From: Thermoproteota archaeon
Lineage (GTDB): Archaea > Korarchaeota > Korarchaeia > Korarchaeales > Korarchaeaceae
Assembly: GCA_027491735.1 (NCBI GenBank)
Contig: JAOZGP010000023.1
Location: 42,656 to 106,655, forward strand
Length of the DNA: 64,000 nucleotides
Direction of reading: 5' to 3'
Made by a program: the position numbers and the translations under genes. Position 1 is the first letter of the stretch. Each line of letters starts with the position of its first letter. The notes beneath the pieces were generated by a model. The model worked only from the letters and a program-made list of their open reading frames with translations, was not told the origin of the DNA and did not search any database. This document shows positions 41,283 through 51,935 of the stretch, one piece after another.

Positions 41283-42643
41283 TGTCCAGCAGACAATTCA
41301 CGAGGATCGCTTTCATCGCGGGCCTGATACTCGCCTACTACCTCGGATACCTGAGGGGAAGTGGAATCCTCACAGAGATGCAGCTCAGGGCCCTTCTCGT
41401 ATTCATAGCGGCCTACTTCTTGATAGCAACTGAGGTCAGACAGGAGAACGTGGTCACGCTATCGGCCATAGTGATGATCTGGCTCCTGGGCATAATGGAG
41501 CCAAGGGATATGGTCAGGTACGTGGATATCCAGACTCTTGGAATCCTGTTTGGCATGATGGTGGTTGTGGGCGCTCTGCAGGAGGCTGGCTTTTACGACT
41601 ATCTAGGATACAGGATCAGAAGCTCTCTGGGCGGGAGACCAGATGCATCCTTCTGGGTCATAATGTTTCTGACATACCTGCTTTCAGCTTTTCTTCCAAA
41701 CATAACAGCTGTGATGTTCACCGTTCCCCTGCTCTTCTCGACTTGTAGAATGTATGGTGAGAACCCGCCCTTCATGCTCGCAGCCATGGTGATGGCCGCC
41801 AACTCCGGCGGGTTTGCCACACTCGTGGGGGATCCGCCCAACATGATGATAGCCTCCAGAACAGGCTTCACCTTCAGGGACTTCATGCTGAACACCTTCC
41901 CCATATCCGCCATATCCATGATCGGTGGCATCTTCTTTCTCAAGTTCGTCTATAGAAGGTTCGTTAGAGAGGGAGAGACCGTCTCCTGGATCAGCAATGA
42001 GGAAGTTGAGGAGGAATTTCAGATAAAGGACAGGAGATTTTTCTATCTATCGCTAACAGCCTTCTTAGCGAGCATGATAGCATTTACGATCTCAGATAAG
42101 CTTGGATTGACACCAGCTGAGGTTGCTCTCTTCACAGCAGTGTTCTTAATGGCTGTCGGCGGGGAGAAAATGTCTCGAATATTGGAGAACGTTCAATGGG
42201 ACATTCTTCTCTTTGTGGCATCAATATTTGTTGTTGTAGGAGCTTTGGAGTATACAGGTCTTCTCCAGTTGATCTCGTCAGCTATACTGCCTCTGCTCGA
42301 GGTCAACCCACGGTTGTCGATATCCCTCATACTCTGGATAGCTGCTCTTGGATCGGCGGTCATACCGAACATACCATTCGCAGCGGTGATGACCCCCCTG
42401 TTAGCGGGGATAACACCTCGTCTGAGTCCGGATGTGTCCAACGCCCTCTGGTGGAGTTTAGCCACCGGTCTGGCTTTGGGAGGAAATTTCACTCCCATAT
42501 CCGCAGCTCCAAACGTTGTAGCCCTTTCCATAGCTGAGAGGTACGGCGTCAGGATGAGCTTCAAGGAGTTCGTGAGGATGGCCCTTCCTCCAGCGCTGGT
42601 CGCCGTGGCGACAGCCAACCTGTACCTGGTGGCGGCCTACTGA
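41279..42643 (+). CDS. ArsB/NhaD (IT-superfamily) anion transporter, paralogue
   Basis: LFGMM, ANSGGFATLVGDPPN, LGGNFTPISAAPN. Confidence 0.85.
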   Translation: MMSSRQFTRIAFIAGLILAYYLGYLRGSGILTEMQLRALLVFIAAYFLIATEVRQENVVTLSAIVMIWLLGIMEPRDMVRYVDIQTLGILFGMMVVVGALQEAGFYDYLGYRIRSSLGGRPDASFWVIMFLTYLLSAFLPNITAVMFTVPLLFSTCRMYGENPPFMLAAMVMAANSGGFATLVGDPPNMMIASRTGFTFRDFMLNTFPISAISMIGGIFFLKFVYRRFVREGETVSWISNEEVEEEFQIKDRRFFYLSLTAFLASMIAFTISDKLGLTPAEVALFTAVFLMAVGGEKMSRILENVQWDILLFVASIFVVVGALEYTGLLQLISSAILPLLEVNPRLSISLILWIAALGSAVIPNIPFAAVMTPLLAGITPRLSPDVSNALWWSLATGLALGGNFTPISAAPNVVALSIAERYGVRMSFKEFVRMALPPALVAVATANLYLVAAY

Positions 42644-42804
42644 GATGGTTATTTTTGTTAAAAGAATTCACACCAGTAGGGAAAGATTCCGAGAGCAGAG
42701 GATCTATCAAATTGTCCTTTCTTACGCTGATTTACCTATATAGCGATGCTTATGTAAAAGATTATTAAGCAAGCCCGGGGGGATCTCCCCGGTGATGATT
42801 CAAG

Positions 42805-44172
42805 ATGAGCGATGCCTGTAGAGATGAGAAGAGGAAGGAAGAGGCCAACAAACCATACAAGCTGGCTATGGAGTACGCGGATATTTATGGCGGTAAGATA
42901 GAGATTGCTCCGAGGGTTCCCGTCTATCACCTGAAGGACTTCGCTGTATGGTATACTCCTGGCGTTGCCGAGGTCTCAAGGCGGATAGCCGAGAAACCCG
43001 ATCTCTCCCTAGAATACACCAATAGATGGAATACTATAGCTGTCCTCACAAACGGCACCAGGGTGCTGGGCCTCGGGGATGTAGGTCCAGAGGCCTCCCT
43101 CCCTGTGATGGAGGGTAAGGCTCTCTTGTTCAAGTATCTCGGTGGCGTCGATGCCTTTCCAGTGACTATAAGGGTCAAGGACAGGAAGACATTCGTCGAG
43201 GTGGCCAAGATCCTGGAGCCCACCTTTGGAGGAATAAACCTGGAGGACATAAGGTCGCCCGACTGTTTCTACATATTAGAAACCCTGAGGAAGGAGCTCA
43301 ATATCCCCGTTTGGCACGATGATCAGCAGGGAACTGCTGGGGCAACTGTAGCCGGATTGATAAATGCCCTGAAGATCACGGGAAGGAGTCCACAAGAGAC
43401 CAAGGTGGCGTTCATAGGATGTGGAGCCGCCAACATAGCTGGAGCGCGACTCTGTTTCATAATAGGGATAAGACCTGAAAACACGATCATGGTGGACAGC
43501 AAGGGCATACTCTACAAGAGCAGGCCGGACATGGAGAAGGTCAGGAAGAAGAACCCATGGAAGTACGAGATGGCCGTTAAGACCAATCCTGAAGAGAGGA
43601 AAGGAGGCATAGCTGAGGCTCTAGAGGGCATGGATGTTGTGATAGCTGCTAGCAAGCCAGGACCTGGCGTTATAAAGCCGGAATGGATAGAGAAGATGAA
43701 CAAGGACCCCATAGTCTTCGCTGAGGCCAACCCAGTGCCGGAGATATGGCCCTGGGAGGCCAAGGAGGCAGGAGCCAGGATCGTCGCCACAGGGAGAAGT
43801 GATTTCCCCAACCAAGTGAACAACAGCTTGGTGTTTCCGGCAATGTTCAGGGGAGTGCTGGACGTCAGGGCGAGGACCATAACGGATGAGATGGCTTCTG
43901 AGGCCGCTAAAGCCCTCGCCAAGTACGCCGAGGAGAGAGGGCTGAGGGAGGACTACATAATACCGACCATGGAGGAGTTCGAGGTGTTCCCATATGTAGC
44001 GGCGGCCACTGCCCTCAAGGCGATGGAGCAGGGAGTCGCCAGGAAGTTTCTCTCCAGGAACGAGATTCTGGAGAGGGCAAGATACATGATAAGCAGGTCA
44101 AGGAGGATGATGGAGGTACTTTTGGAGAAGGAGATCATAAAGAAACCTCCTAAGGGGAAGATCTACTATTAG
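42805..44172 (+). CDS. maeB: NAD(P)-dependent malic enzyme
   Basis: [45 protein letters not shown]. Confidence 0.95.
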   Translation: MSDACRDEKRKEEANKPYKLAMEYADIYGGKIEIAPRVPVYHLKDFAVWYTPGVAEVSRRIAEKPDLSLEYTNRWNTIAVLTNGTRVLGLGDVGPEASLPVMEGKALLFKYLGGVDAFPVTIRVKDRKTFVEVAKILEPTFGGINLEDIRSPDCFYILETLRKELNIPVWHDDQQGTAGATVAGLINALKITGRSPQETKVAFIGCGAANIAGARLCFIIGIRPENTIMVDSKGILYKSRPDMEKVRKKNPWKYEMAVKTNPEERKGGIAEALEGMDVVIAASKPGPGVIKPEWIEKMNKDPIVFAEANPVPEIWPWEAKEAGARIVATGRSDFPNQVNNSLVFPAMFRGVLDVRARTITDEMASEAAKALAKYAEERGLREDYIIPTMEEFEVFPYVAAATALKAMEQGVARKFLSRNEILERARYMISRSRRMMEVLLEKEIIKKPPKGKIYY

Positions 44173-44786
44173 GATCCTCTTTCCCTCCTCAATTTTTCAC
44201 CATGGCCTTGAACCACAGAAGGTCGAATGTAGATCCCAGTTATGTACCTGCGGGGTACCTCCTTAACTAGGTAGATGCTCCTACCAGCTTTTCTGACCTC
44301 GTACCCATCATTCGCCATGGCCTCGACATCCACCTCCAACACGACGACGTCGGGCCCATGTCGGGAGGCCACTTCAATGGCTTCCTCTATGGAGGAAGAA
44401 AGATGCACGTATCTTCTTCTCTGAGGCTTTATGCCCTCTCTATCTATGTTTCTCCAAGCCCTCAGGGTGGTTCCATGGAAGAGGACTTTGATGTCCCTGA
44501 CGGGAGTACCGACCTTGTCCACCCTGACCGTATGTCCATAGGTGGCCCTTATCCTCCAGTCTCTCATCTCAAAACGCCCTTTGGGATCTCTCTCGACGAC
44601 CATCTTTATGTGTTCCGGCCTGACCCATTCGTATCCCCTTCTCCTCGAGATTCTTCTTGCTAGCTCCTCGATGTCCACGCCCGAGAAACCCTCGTCATCC
44701 AGCTCCATGCCCACTGAGGAAGGGTTGTGCCTGAGAATGTATGTGAGCAGTCTGCTCAGCTTCTCCCTCCTCTTCTCCTCAATCAT
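44169..44786 (-). CDS. kptA: RNA 2'-phosphotransferase (Tpt1/KptA)
   Basis: LRH.P, D.KGRF, IRATYGH, HGT, RRYVHLS. Confidence 0.93.
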   Translation of the reverse strand: MIEEKRREKLSRLLTYILRHNPSSVGMELDDEGFSGVDIEELARRISRRRGYEWVRPEHIKMVVERDPKGRFEMRDWRIRATYGHTVRVDKVGTPVRDIKVLFHGTTLRAWRNIDREGIKPQRRRYVHLSSSIEEAIEVASRHGPDVVVLEVDVEAMANDGYEVRKAGRSIYLVKEVPRRYITGIYIRPSVVQGHGEKLRRERGS

Positions 44787-45723
44787 TCGCTGCCTCCTTC
44801 AGGAGGTCCTGGATCCTCGCAGTCCTCTCAGCGTAGAGGTCGTGTTTGTGGACGCTCTCCGCGCTCCTCACACAGGCGAACACAAGAGCATCCCTCAGCT
44901 CCTTGAACTCCCTGACAACTCCGGCCAAGATGTCTCTGAGAACGTCCTCCGTGAGCTTTGGATTTTCGATCATCTGCATGACAAGAGTTGCCTCCTCCGG
45001 CCTCTTCAGGAGTGTTCTCGTCGGAGAGCTCATCGCATCCTCGACTATCCTGGCCATTTTGTGGTGATCGGGAGGCATCTCACCATGGACCAGAATCCTG
45101 AGCATACCCACGCTCCTCTGAGTGTGAGTTCCCGTCAGACCACCAAAATCTCCCATGTTTTTGCTTCTAAGGAACGTTCTTATGAGCTCTTGACTGCAGG
45201 GACAAGCCGTGGCACCAACCACCCTCACAGAGGTTCCACTGATGATCCCCCTCGACCTCCTCCTGGAGAACATCTCGACGCGATATGGCTCTCCGTCCAT
45301 CAGAGCGGTGAATCTGAGTCTGACCTCGAAGGAGCTGGTGTAGGGAAGTAAATGAGTCATCCTCGTGATCGCTCCTGCGATCACCTCCTCAGGAGAGAAC
45401 CCAGCCATGGAAAGAAGTGCCTCGTTCTCCCTGGAGAGATCCACCCCTCTTCTGTCGCCTGGAAGTTCAACGAAGACACTCGCTCTTCCAACAACTGTGA
45501 GACCTCCTAGGGAGACGGGAACTGCTATTCCCACTCCTCCGACTCTGTCTACTCTGAACCTCCACCTAGGAACCTCGGAGTGCACGTCTTTGGCACCCGC
45601 CAGAAGATCTCTAGGAAACCTGCTCAAGAGATACGACCCCCCACTTGAGCTCCCGAGAACCTCTTGACCTTTTCGACCCGATGCTCGAATATAAGCTCGT
45701 CCTTCCTGGGGATCTTCGCACAC
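44779..45723 (-). CDS. mptA: GTP cyclohydrolase MptA/FolE2 (true start probably downstream of 45723)
   Basis: RVG, RGV.LSR, TACPCS, HTQRS, LKRPEE, NPK..ED, ESVHKHD. Confidence 0.88.
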   Translation of the reverse strand: MCEDPQEGRAYIRASGRKGQEVLGSSSGGSYLLSRFPRDLLAGAKDVHSEVPRWRFRVDRVGGVGIAVPVSLGGLTVVGRASVFVELPGDRRGVDLSRENEALLSMAGFSPEEVIAGAITRMTHLLPYTSSFEVRLRFTALMDGEPYRVEMFSRRRSRGIISGTSVRVVGATACPCSQELIRTFLRSKNMGDFGGLTGTHTQRSVGMLRILVHGEMPPDHHKMARIVEDAMSSPTRTLLKRPEEATLVMQMIENPKLTEDVLRDILAGVVREFKELRDALVFACVRSAESVHKHDLYAERTARIQDLLKEAAND

Positions 45724-46020
45724 CTTCCGTGGAGCGTTGGGCTTCCGAGGCTCAGGAAGCCGTTGAACCAGTCCTGAGAAAGGCCTTCCTTGCCCTCTCA
45801 GCAGTTCTGATCATTCGCCAATCTTTCTACAGCTCTCACAAAATCCATGACTCCAGATCTCATAAACCTTCGAGAGACCTTCAGATCTGTCGAATTTCAC
45901 CATTTTCGGCATCATCACATGCCCAAGCGGGCTCAACGGCTCTTGATCTTCCTGTATCGGGCTGTCAGGTCTCACACCTGACGTACCTGAAAAGTTATTT
46001 ATGTAGCTCCTGACATTTTT

Positions 46021-47031
46021 TTGGATCGCTTCATGAGAATCATGAGAAGATCGGTAGTTCTTCTCCTCCTGCTTCTCGCGGTATCAGCGTTTCCGACAAG
46101 AGCCAATGTGAGAAAGGTGGTCGTCATATCGAACTCTGTAGATCGGCCGGCAGCCCTTAAGCTCGTGACCTACCTCATGATGGGAGGGGTACCAGCCAGA
46201 ACAGGCAGTCCTTCTGAGTTCTCCTCACTCATTAAGTCTGGAGAGGTCGGAGAGATCATGGTGCTCGGAGGGCCGGATGCCTATCAAGGAGTGGGAAACA
46301 TATCGTCTGAGCTCATGAACAGGATCGATCAGAGTTACCTGAGGAAGAACAGAGGGGCGGCGGTCATCAGAAGATATGGCTTCTTCATTGGAGGAAGGTT
46401 CAAGGACATCGTGATTATAGCGGGAAGCACAAGAGAGGAGACAAAACTCTGTGCTGAGTTGTACGCAGCTCTTGGGTTTCCTGGGTCCTTGGTCTATCCG
46501 GAGGTCGTGAGCAGCATCAACAGAGGTTCAAAGAAGAGCCTGATTTATGTGCACAAGCGTGTTGGAGAGGGAGAAATCAACACGACCGTGATCAGGGTCA
46601 GCTACTTCTCCGGGGAGGTGGAAGGATCTCCCGGAGAGGGGTACTCCTGGAGCTATGAGATCAGAGCGAAGAACCATACTGCGGAGATCCTCAACTACAA
46701 CGTCTTTCTGAAGAATGGAAAGTACTGCCACCGATCCAGTGTCAAGTTCAACAGGAGCCAGGAGCACACACAGTGGAAGTGCTCTCCAGCATCATCAGCT
46801 AGGATAAGGAAGATCTATGGAGATGCTGAGTTCGCCTCCGCCATACTGGGCATGTTCCTGAAGGTGGAGAACAGGACGGTTCCGGCAGGTACCTTCAGAT
46901 GCGTTGTGGAGGAAAGACCTGGTTTGAAGGTCTGGCTATCGCCGGAGGTGCCCCTCACAAGGGTGGTGGCTGCTGAGTCGGAGGCGGGAGATGTTAAGAT
47001 CTCGCTCGAGCTGAGATCAGTGGAGGGATGA
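46021..47031 (+). CDS. Secreted/surface protein
   Basis: Signal peptide, then N..D...A, VLGGPDAY.GVG and IAG..R..T motifs seen in archaeal surface proteins. Confidence 0.6.
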   Translation: MDRFMRIMRRSVVLLLLLLAVSAFPTRANVRKVVVISNSVDRPAALKLVTYLMMGGVPARTGSPSEFSSLIKSGEVGEIMVLGGPDAYQGVGNISSELMNRIDQSYLRKNRGAAVIRRYGFFIGGRFKDIVIIAGSTREETKLCAELYAALGFPGSLVYPEVVSSINRGSKKSLIYVHKRVGEGEINTTVIRVSYFSGEVEGSPGEGYSWSYEIRAKNHTAEILNYNVFLKNGKYCHRSSVKFNRSQEHTQWKCSPASSARIRKIYGDAEFASAILGMFLKVENRTVPAGTFRCVVEERPGLKVWLSPEVPLTRVVAAESEAGDVKISLELRSVEG

Positions 47032-47032
47032 G

Positions 47033-48922
47033 TTAGTTTTTCTCTCCTCTTGTTTTTCCTTGAAAGCCGCTTTCGTCCTCGGAAACTGTCTCCAAGAACC
47101 TCTCATAGGCCCCTCTAAGGCTTCTGTAGAGGAGCTTCATTAGATCATATAGGATGAGGGCCATCACGAACAGGAGGACCGAGGATACCACGAGGACGAC
47201 CCACCTGATATCCCCTCGAGATATCGTGAGGCCTCTTGGTAGGACTAGGAACACCACCGTTATGAGAGTCAGGTAGGTGAGATCTAAGAGAGCCCTGCTC
47301 ACGGCTGTCTCCGTGACCCCGAGCCTTTCGACAAGTTGGGAGGAGAGGGTGTCCATGAAATGTTTCATGACCATCAGCATCCTGTAACCGAAGTATATGA
47401 TGGCCGACATCTGTACCACCCAAAGCAGATCGGCCATTCTCATGGTGATGGAGCCGATGGACATTATCTCATAGCCTCCAATGACCCAGGACATCGCCCT
47501 GATTACGAGAATCACTATCGCCAATTTAAAGGCAGAGACTACAGCGAGAGTAACCTCGCTCATGCCGCAAGCTCTCGTTTCCTCGATCTCTGGCTGTGGG
47601 GCCCTCTTCATGGATTTAACCTTTCTAACTTTCTTTTTAGGTTCTTTAGGTTCATGTCCAGTTGTGAGAATTGATACTACAGCAAAAACCGTTGGAAAAG
47701 AAGCCATGTAGAGCAGAAACATGTTCGGCAGTTCCACCGCTACGAACATCGCCGCCATGAGGAGTCTCACATCCCTAGTGCAGAGGCTGTACCTTCTCAG
47801 GTCAGTTCCGGCGATCTTCGATATGTAGCTCACTGTGAACACGTTGGCTGCGGCCAGGAGGGATATCATGATGTTCATGTGGGAGGTCAGGGCCGCTGCC
47901 ATCACCACCGCTAGATCGGCGTACCTGTCCAGGACTGTGTCCATGAGTGCTCCGAACTTGCTGGTCCTGGAGAACAGTCTGGCGATCTCTCCGTCGATAC
48001 CGTCAACTATCGATCCGAGCTGAATAAGTGCAGCCGAGAGAAGCGGTTCTGTAGACAGAAGATAGGCTCCTCCAACGCAGAGGAGAAAAGAAATAAGGGA
48101 AATAAGATTTGGACTTATGAATACCCCTCTCCTATAGAGAAAGACAGAGATCCTGGTGGATATCGGCCTATTTATCAATCTAGATACAGGTCCATCTTCC
48201 GGCTTTGTGAGACTTCTCCTCAGAATTTTTGGGAGGATCTTCCTTGCTCTGACCAGGTCCTTGGGGGTGTCGATGTCAGCCCACACCAAGCCCGTGACGT
48301 CCACATATCCGACCTCATCTAGCTCTATGGCCCTGCTCAGGGCGTCAGCTATGGAGGATCCGGGACCCTTGCTCCTTATTACTTCCTCCGCTATCCTCAC
48401 ACTTTTGGGCGAGCAGAGAAACAGGCCAGTATCTATCCCACAGGTCGAAGGAGCATCCTTTCCGATCTCATAGATCACATCGTTTCTGACCACGATCTTG
48501 AGTCCCTCCTCTAGCTTGTCCCATTCGGGATTTCTGTCCAAGCACAGGACAAAGCTTCTCTCAGCCCTCCTGGAGATGAGTCTCCTGAGGATCTCGAGCT
48601 CGAATATGTGATCCGACATGAGCAGCAGAAACTCCTCCTCAAGGTCTCGAGCTCCAACAAGCATGGAAGTCAGGTTTCCTGAACTTTCCTCCCTATTCAC
48701 CCGAACCTCAAGCTCGGGATACCTCTCCATGAAGATCTCCTCGAACTCTGGTCTCGTTACGAGGACTATCCGCTGAACGTCCATCTCCCGGAGGTGCTTC
48801 AAGATGAGATCCAGGATCGTGAACCCCGGATCGAGCTCAAACAAGCACTTGGGTCTATCCTTGGAGAGGTCGCCAAATCTGCTGGCTCTTCCAGCAGCCA
48901 ATATCACAGCAACCTTGGACAA
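47033..48922 (-). CDS. Bifunctional IPCT/DIPP synthase (di-myo-inositol phosphate synthesis) with an extra C-terminal membrane domain
   Basis: ILAAG..SRF..PK nucleotidyltransferase, WADIDT, DGPVSRLINRPIS, DGIDGEIAR..G..DTVLDRYAD. Confidence 0.85.
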   Translation of the reverse strand: MSKVAVILAAGRASRFGDLSKDRPKCLFELDPGFTILDLILKHLREMDVQRIVLVTRPEFEEIFMERYPELEVRVNREESSGNLTSMLVGARDLEEEFLLLMSDHIFELEILRRLISRRAERSFVLCLDRNPEWDKLEEGLKIVVRNDVIYEIGKDAPSTCGIDTGLFLCSPKSVRIAEEVIRSKGPGSSIADALSRAIELDEVGYVDVTGLVWADIDTPKDLVRARKILPKILRRSLTKPEDGPVSRLINRPISTRISVFLYRRGVFISPNLISLISFLLCVGGAYLLSTEPLLSAALIQLGSIVDGIDGEIARLFSRTSKFGALMDTVLDRYADLAVVMAAALTSHMNIMISLLAAANVFTVSYISKIAGTDLRRYSLCTRDVRLLMAAMFVAVELPNMFLLYMASFPTVFAVVSILTTGHEPKEPKKKVRKVKSMKRAPQPEIEETRACGMSEVTLAVVSAFKLAIVILVIRAMSWVIGGYEIMSIGSITMRMADLLWVVQMSAIIYFGYRMLMVMKHFMDTLSSQLVERLGVTETAVSRALLDLTYLTLITVVFLVLPRGLTISRGDIRWVVLVVSSVLLFVMALILYDLMKLLYRSLRGAYERFLETVSEDESGFQGKTRGEKN

Positions 48923-49371
48923 AGAGGCACCTCCAGTGAAGGGGAGATTTAAAGGTAACAAGACCTCGATCTCTCAAGATTCGACCGCCAGGAAGGGATA
49001 TAAATTTTTCCGAAGGGTCGAAGCCCTCTGGAAGCTGATCCTCTCTGGGTCGGTTTCTCATGGAGGTCTTTTTCATAATTTTGGATTCTTCTCGCGGTCA
49101 CCTGCGCCCGTTCTCAGCTTGATCGAGATCTATCACCTCCTGTCAGCTCTCAGATCCCAAAACAAGCCGAAAACCTCTCAGGAATATCACCTCACTGATG
49201 ACAGCCCGGATCACATTCCTCAAGATAGGAGAGGATCTCATGAGACCTGCCGCAGGAAGACGGTGTTCCAAAAGATGAACGAGCTTTTTCCACGACCCTC
49301 CGCTCCTTCACCACCTCAACGATCCCTTGGGGTGTTGTGGAAAAGTTTTAATACTCCCGGTCCTACTAGGC

Positions 49372-49468
49372 TTCCTGAAGAGAGCAGCTGGAGCTCCTCG
49401 GCTCAGTGGTGTGAGCCTCCGCAAGGTCGAGCTCCTGACGAGGTCCTCTTCAGGAGTGGTGGCTCACC
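49372..49468 (+). promoter_or_regulatory. Candidate structured 5' leader RNA or small RNA upstream of the NifB/NifX-family gene
   Basis: Stems 49373-82/49446-55 (10 bp perfect), 49390-96/49429-35, 49400-05/49412-17 and CC-GCAA-GG. TATA-like TTTTAATA about 20 nt upstream. Confidence 0.55.
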
Positions 49469-49493
49469 GGTGTACCGATCGATATGGGGTGAC

Positions 49494-49874
49494 ATGAGAA
49501 TGAGGGTGGCTGTCCCCAGCGTGGATGGGAGAGGTCTCGAGAGCGAGGTCGCGACCCACTTCGGAAGGGCTCCTTACTACACTGTAGTTGACGTGAAGGA
49601 GAACGAGATCGTCAATGTGAGAGCTGTCAGGCAGCCCTTTTCCCAACACGCCCCGGGAGATATACCTAATTTCCTTAAGTCTCTTGGAGTTGATGTTGTA
49701 CTTGCTTACGGAATGGGAGTGAGAGCTCAGGAGTTCTTCAGCTCGTTGGGAATAAGGGTTGTGACCGGAGCTCTTGGAAGGATCGGCGACGTCGTCAAGA
49801 GGTTTCTCTCGGGGACCCTCATCACTGACGATAGCTGGCGACTGTCGGAGGAGTTTAGAGCTCATAAGCGTTAA
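49494..49874 (+). CDS. NifB/NifX-family (FeMo-cofactor-binding-like) protein
   Basis: RVAVPS, HFGRAPY, GMG.RA..F...GI.V. SD GGGGTGA just upstream. The long 48804 ORF is an over-extension. Confidence 0.85.
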   Translation: MRMRVAVPSVDGRGLESEVATHFGRAPYYTVVDVKENEIVNVRAVRQPFSQHAPGDIPNFLKSLGVDVVLAYGMGVRAQEFFSSLGIRVVTGALGRIGDVVKRFLSGTLITDDSWRLSEEFRAHKR

Positions 49875-50000
49875 TTTTGAGTTTTCCGCGTTTTTATCGA
49901 TTCAGAGAAGGAGCTCGGAATCTCGAGCATGTTCGACCGGCGGATCGACGCACATCCAAGCGATTACTTATTTAAATTTCATGAAGTGTGTTTTCATGAT

Positions 50001-50456
50001 ATGACTAGAACTCTGATAGAAGTTGTTGTAACTGTCATAGTGATGATCCTAGCTCTATCCGTGATCTTTCTTACCGGAAAAGTAAGCCTCAAGAAGACAT
50101 CAGAGCTCGTAGTCCCTCGCTCCTTTCGCTTGGATATTCTGGGGACTAGAGGGAACGCCGCTGTGTCCGGTGGAAGGGCGCTCATCGTGTACGTGATGAA
50201 CCTCGGTCCAGATGATCTTGACAGTTCTGTGGCCCTCAATCGGGAGAAGTGGCTTGTTATCATCAAGAACTCGTCGGGTGAATTTTCATCGCATCCAGAT
50301 GAGATAAGGGAGATCTTCGGTCACCACGACTCCTCGTTCTCGAGGGGCGAGGTGTGGACGCTCATCTGCAAGGGCCTATCTCAGGAGAGAGGAAAAAGTT
50401 ACTCAGTCAAGGTGTTCGGGCCGGGTAACTCCCACGGCATCCACATAAGCCCGTAG
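50001..50456 (+). CDS. Archaeal pilin/ArlG-like protein
   Basis: N-terminal hydrophobic helix with E, VYVMNLG and VFGPG motifs shared with two neighbours. Confidence 0.55.
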   Translation: MTRTLIEVVVTVIVMILALSVIFLTGKVSLKKTSELVVPRSFRLDILGTRGNAAVSGGRALIVYVMNLGPDDLDSSVALNREKWLVIIKNSSGEFSSHPDEIREIFGHHDSSFSRGEVWTLICKGLSQERGKSYSVKVFGPGNSHGIHISP

Positions 50457-50466
50457 GTGAGTGTCC

Positions 50467-50976
50467 ATGGTCTCCAGAGCCGTGTCGGAAGTTATCTTTG
50501 TGGTGGGGATTGTCATCCTAGCTATAGTTGTGGCTATTCCGCTGGGAAACTATGTAATGAACGTCAATCGACCGGAACATTTTGAGGGAGGAAGATATCA
50601 GCTGGAGATCCTGAACGTGAGGCCTCGAGCTTTTCTAGGAGGGGTTCCTTGCCTTGCGGTTTACGTGAAGAACACGGGAAAGATCGGCGTGCCCAACACA
50701 ACTATACCTGGGGTATATCCGAGCATCTGCGCTCTTAATTCCTCTTTGAGGGGGGTTTTCTGGCCCGCTGCTGTGGTCAACTCCAGCGGATACTTCCTAG
50801 TCAACGTATCAGAGCTGAGCTACATATGCAGGTCGGGCCCCGGTGACGAGCTGACGCCCGAGAGCACCTGGGTCATATATTACCCGTCCCTAGCTCAGGA
50901 GAACAACGAGTCCTTCGCCGCCTACCTCTACGGACCGGGAGGTGCCAGAGCTGTGTTCTACCACCACCCACCCTGA
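50467..50976 (+). CDS. Archaeal type IV pilin-like protein
   Basis: Class III signal-like RA/VSEVI plus hydrophobic helix, VYVKNTG, LYGPG. Confidence 0.65.
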   Translation: MVSRAVSEVIFVVGIVILAIVVAIPLGNYVMNVNRPEHFEGGRYQLEILNVRPRAFLGGVPCLAVYVKNTGKIGVPNTTIPGVYPSICALNSSLRGVFWPAAVVNSSGYFLVNVSELSYICRSGPGDELTPESTWVIYYPSLAQENNESFAAYLYGPGGARAVFYHHPP

Positions 50977-51131
50977 CGTGTGTGGAGGCTCTCATCGATC
51001 GGATTCTCCGTCATGCGTTAAGTGCATGTCCTCCCGTCGATTGGTCGCTTAAAACAGCTGATGAATATCTCTGAGAAGTTGAATCATTGAAACCTCATTC
51101 TTCTGAGGCCATCAACAGTGCAGCGGGCAGG

Positions 51132-51935
51132 CTAGACTGATTCCTCCGGTGAGCTCTCCGGCGAGATCTCTGAGGAATTATCCTCGGGCTCCACGATCAA
51201 CTCGTAAACCTCACCCCTGGATTCAGCCTGAGAACACTTGTATTTCCTTCCCTCCAGCTCCGATAGGCACCCCGCTACGATCCCTCGAAGGAAATTGATC
51301 CCGCCAAGCACATGCTCGAAGGGATTCTCCAGCTCCAGGATCAGCTTACCTTGGCTTCTGCGCCAGGATCCTCCGGAGATCCAACCTAGTGCCCTCATGA
51401 TGTTCAGACAGGCGTTCAGATATTCCTCCTTGGAGGGGGCTTCCAGGTAGCGCCGGTGATCCCGGTGTGCTGCCCGGCCCACATCCAGTCCAACGAGATA
51501 CATCAGCGCCCTCAACGCCTCTTCTCCAAAGTGCTTCTTTAGTAGTCGAAAAGCCACCGGTAGCCAGCTCATGCGCAGGATTATGGCCCTTCCTCCGAGA
51601 GTCATCAGCCGGCTGTGGTGCCTACCACATACGAGACCTCCCCTGTGCACGCTGTACTCCAGCCTGTCGATGATGCTCTCCTCGCGAAGGGCATCCAACA
51701 GGTCCTCAACGCGGTCCTCCTCTATGACCAAAAAGGTGCACCACCAGGCCTTCCCGGGTTCATCGGACTTGTGAGTCATGCCCCATTTTACGTCGCCTCC
51801 GTGATCCCTTACTTTCGCAGCAATTAGCGCTAAAGCCCCAGGAACATCCTCTAAGAGCAGAGAAAGCTCCAGAACAACCTTGCCCTTCTCGGGGGTGAGA
51901 AAGAAGGCTGTGTGTATTGGAAGGTCGTGCATCAC
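51132..51935 (-). CDS. ACT plus V4R domain protein
   Basis: DVPGALA ACT motif, then MYLVG..G, ALGW, FE, FLRGIVAG, E..C V4R pattern. Confidence 0.75.
   Translation of the reverse strand: MMHDLPIHTAFFLTPEKGKVVLELSLLLEDVPGALALIAAKVRDHGGDVKWGMTHKSDEPGKAWWCTFLVIEEDRVEDLLDALREESIIDRLEYSVHRGGLVCGRHHSRLMTLGGRAIILRMSWLPVAFRLLKKHFGEEALRALMYLVGLDVGRAAHRDHRRYLEAPSKEEYLNACLNIMRALGWISGGSWRRSQGKLILELENPFEHVLGGINFLRGIVAGCLSELEGRKYKCSQAESRGEVYELIVEPEDNSSEISPESSPEESV

Noticed and set aside
42775-42792. GC hairpin overlapping the malic enzyme SD
   Set aside because: Short, and the probable TSS falls within or after it, so it is unlikely to be transcribed whole.
49390-49435. tRNA-like D-arm (GCTCAGTGGT..GAGC) suggesting a tRNA or split tRNA
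   Set aside because: No anticodon arm, no TTC T-loop and wrong spacing.
48804-49493. Apparent N-terminal extension of the NifB/NifX gene (356-aa ORF)
   Set aside because: It overlaps the IPCT gene start, is not protein-like, and contains a TATA box and an SD at 49486-92.
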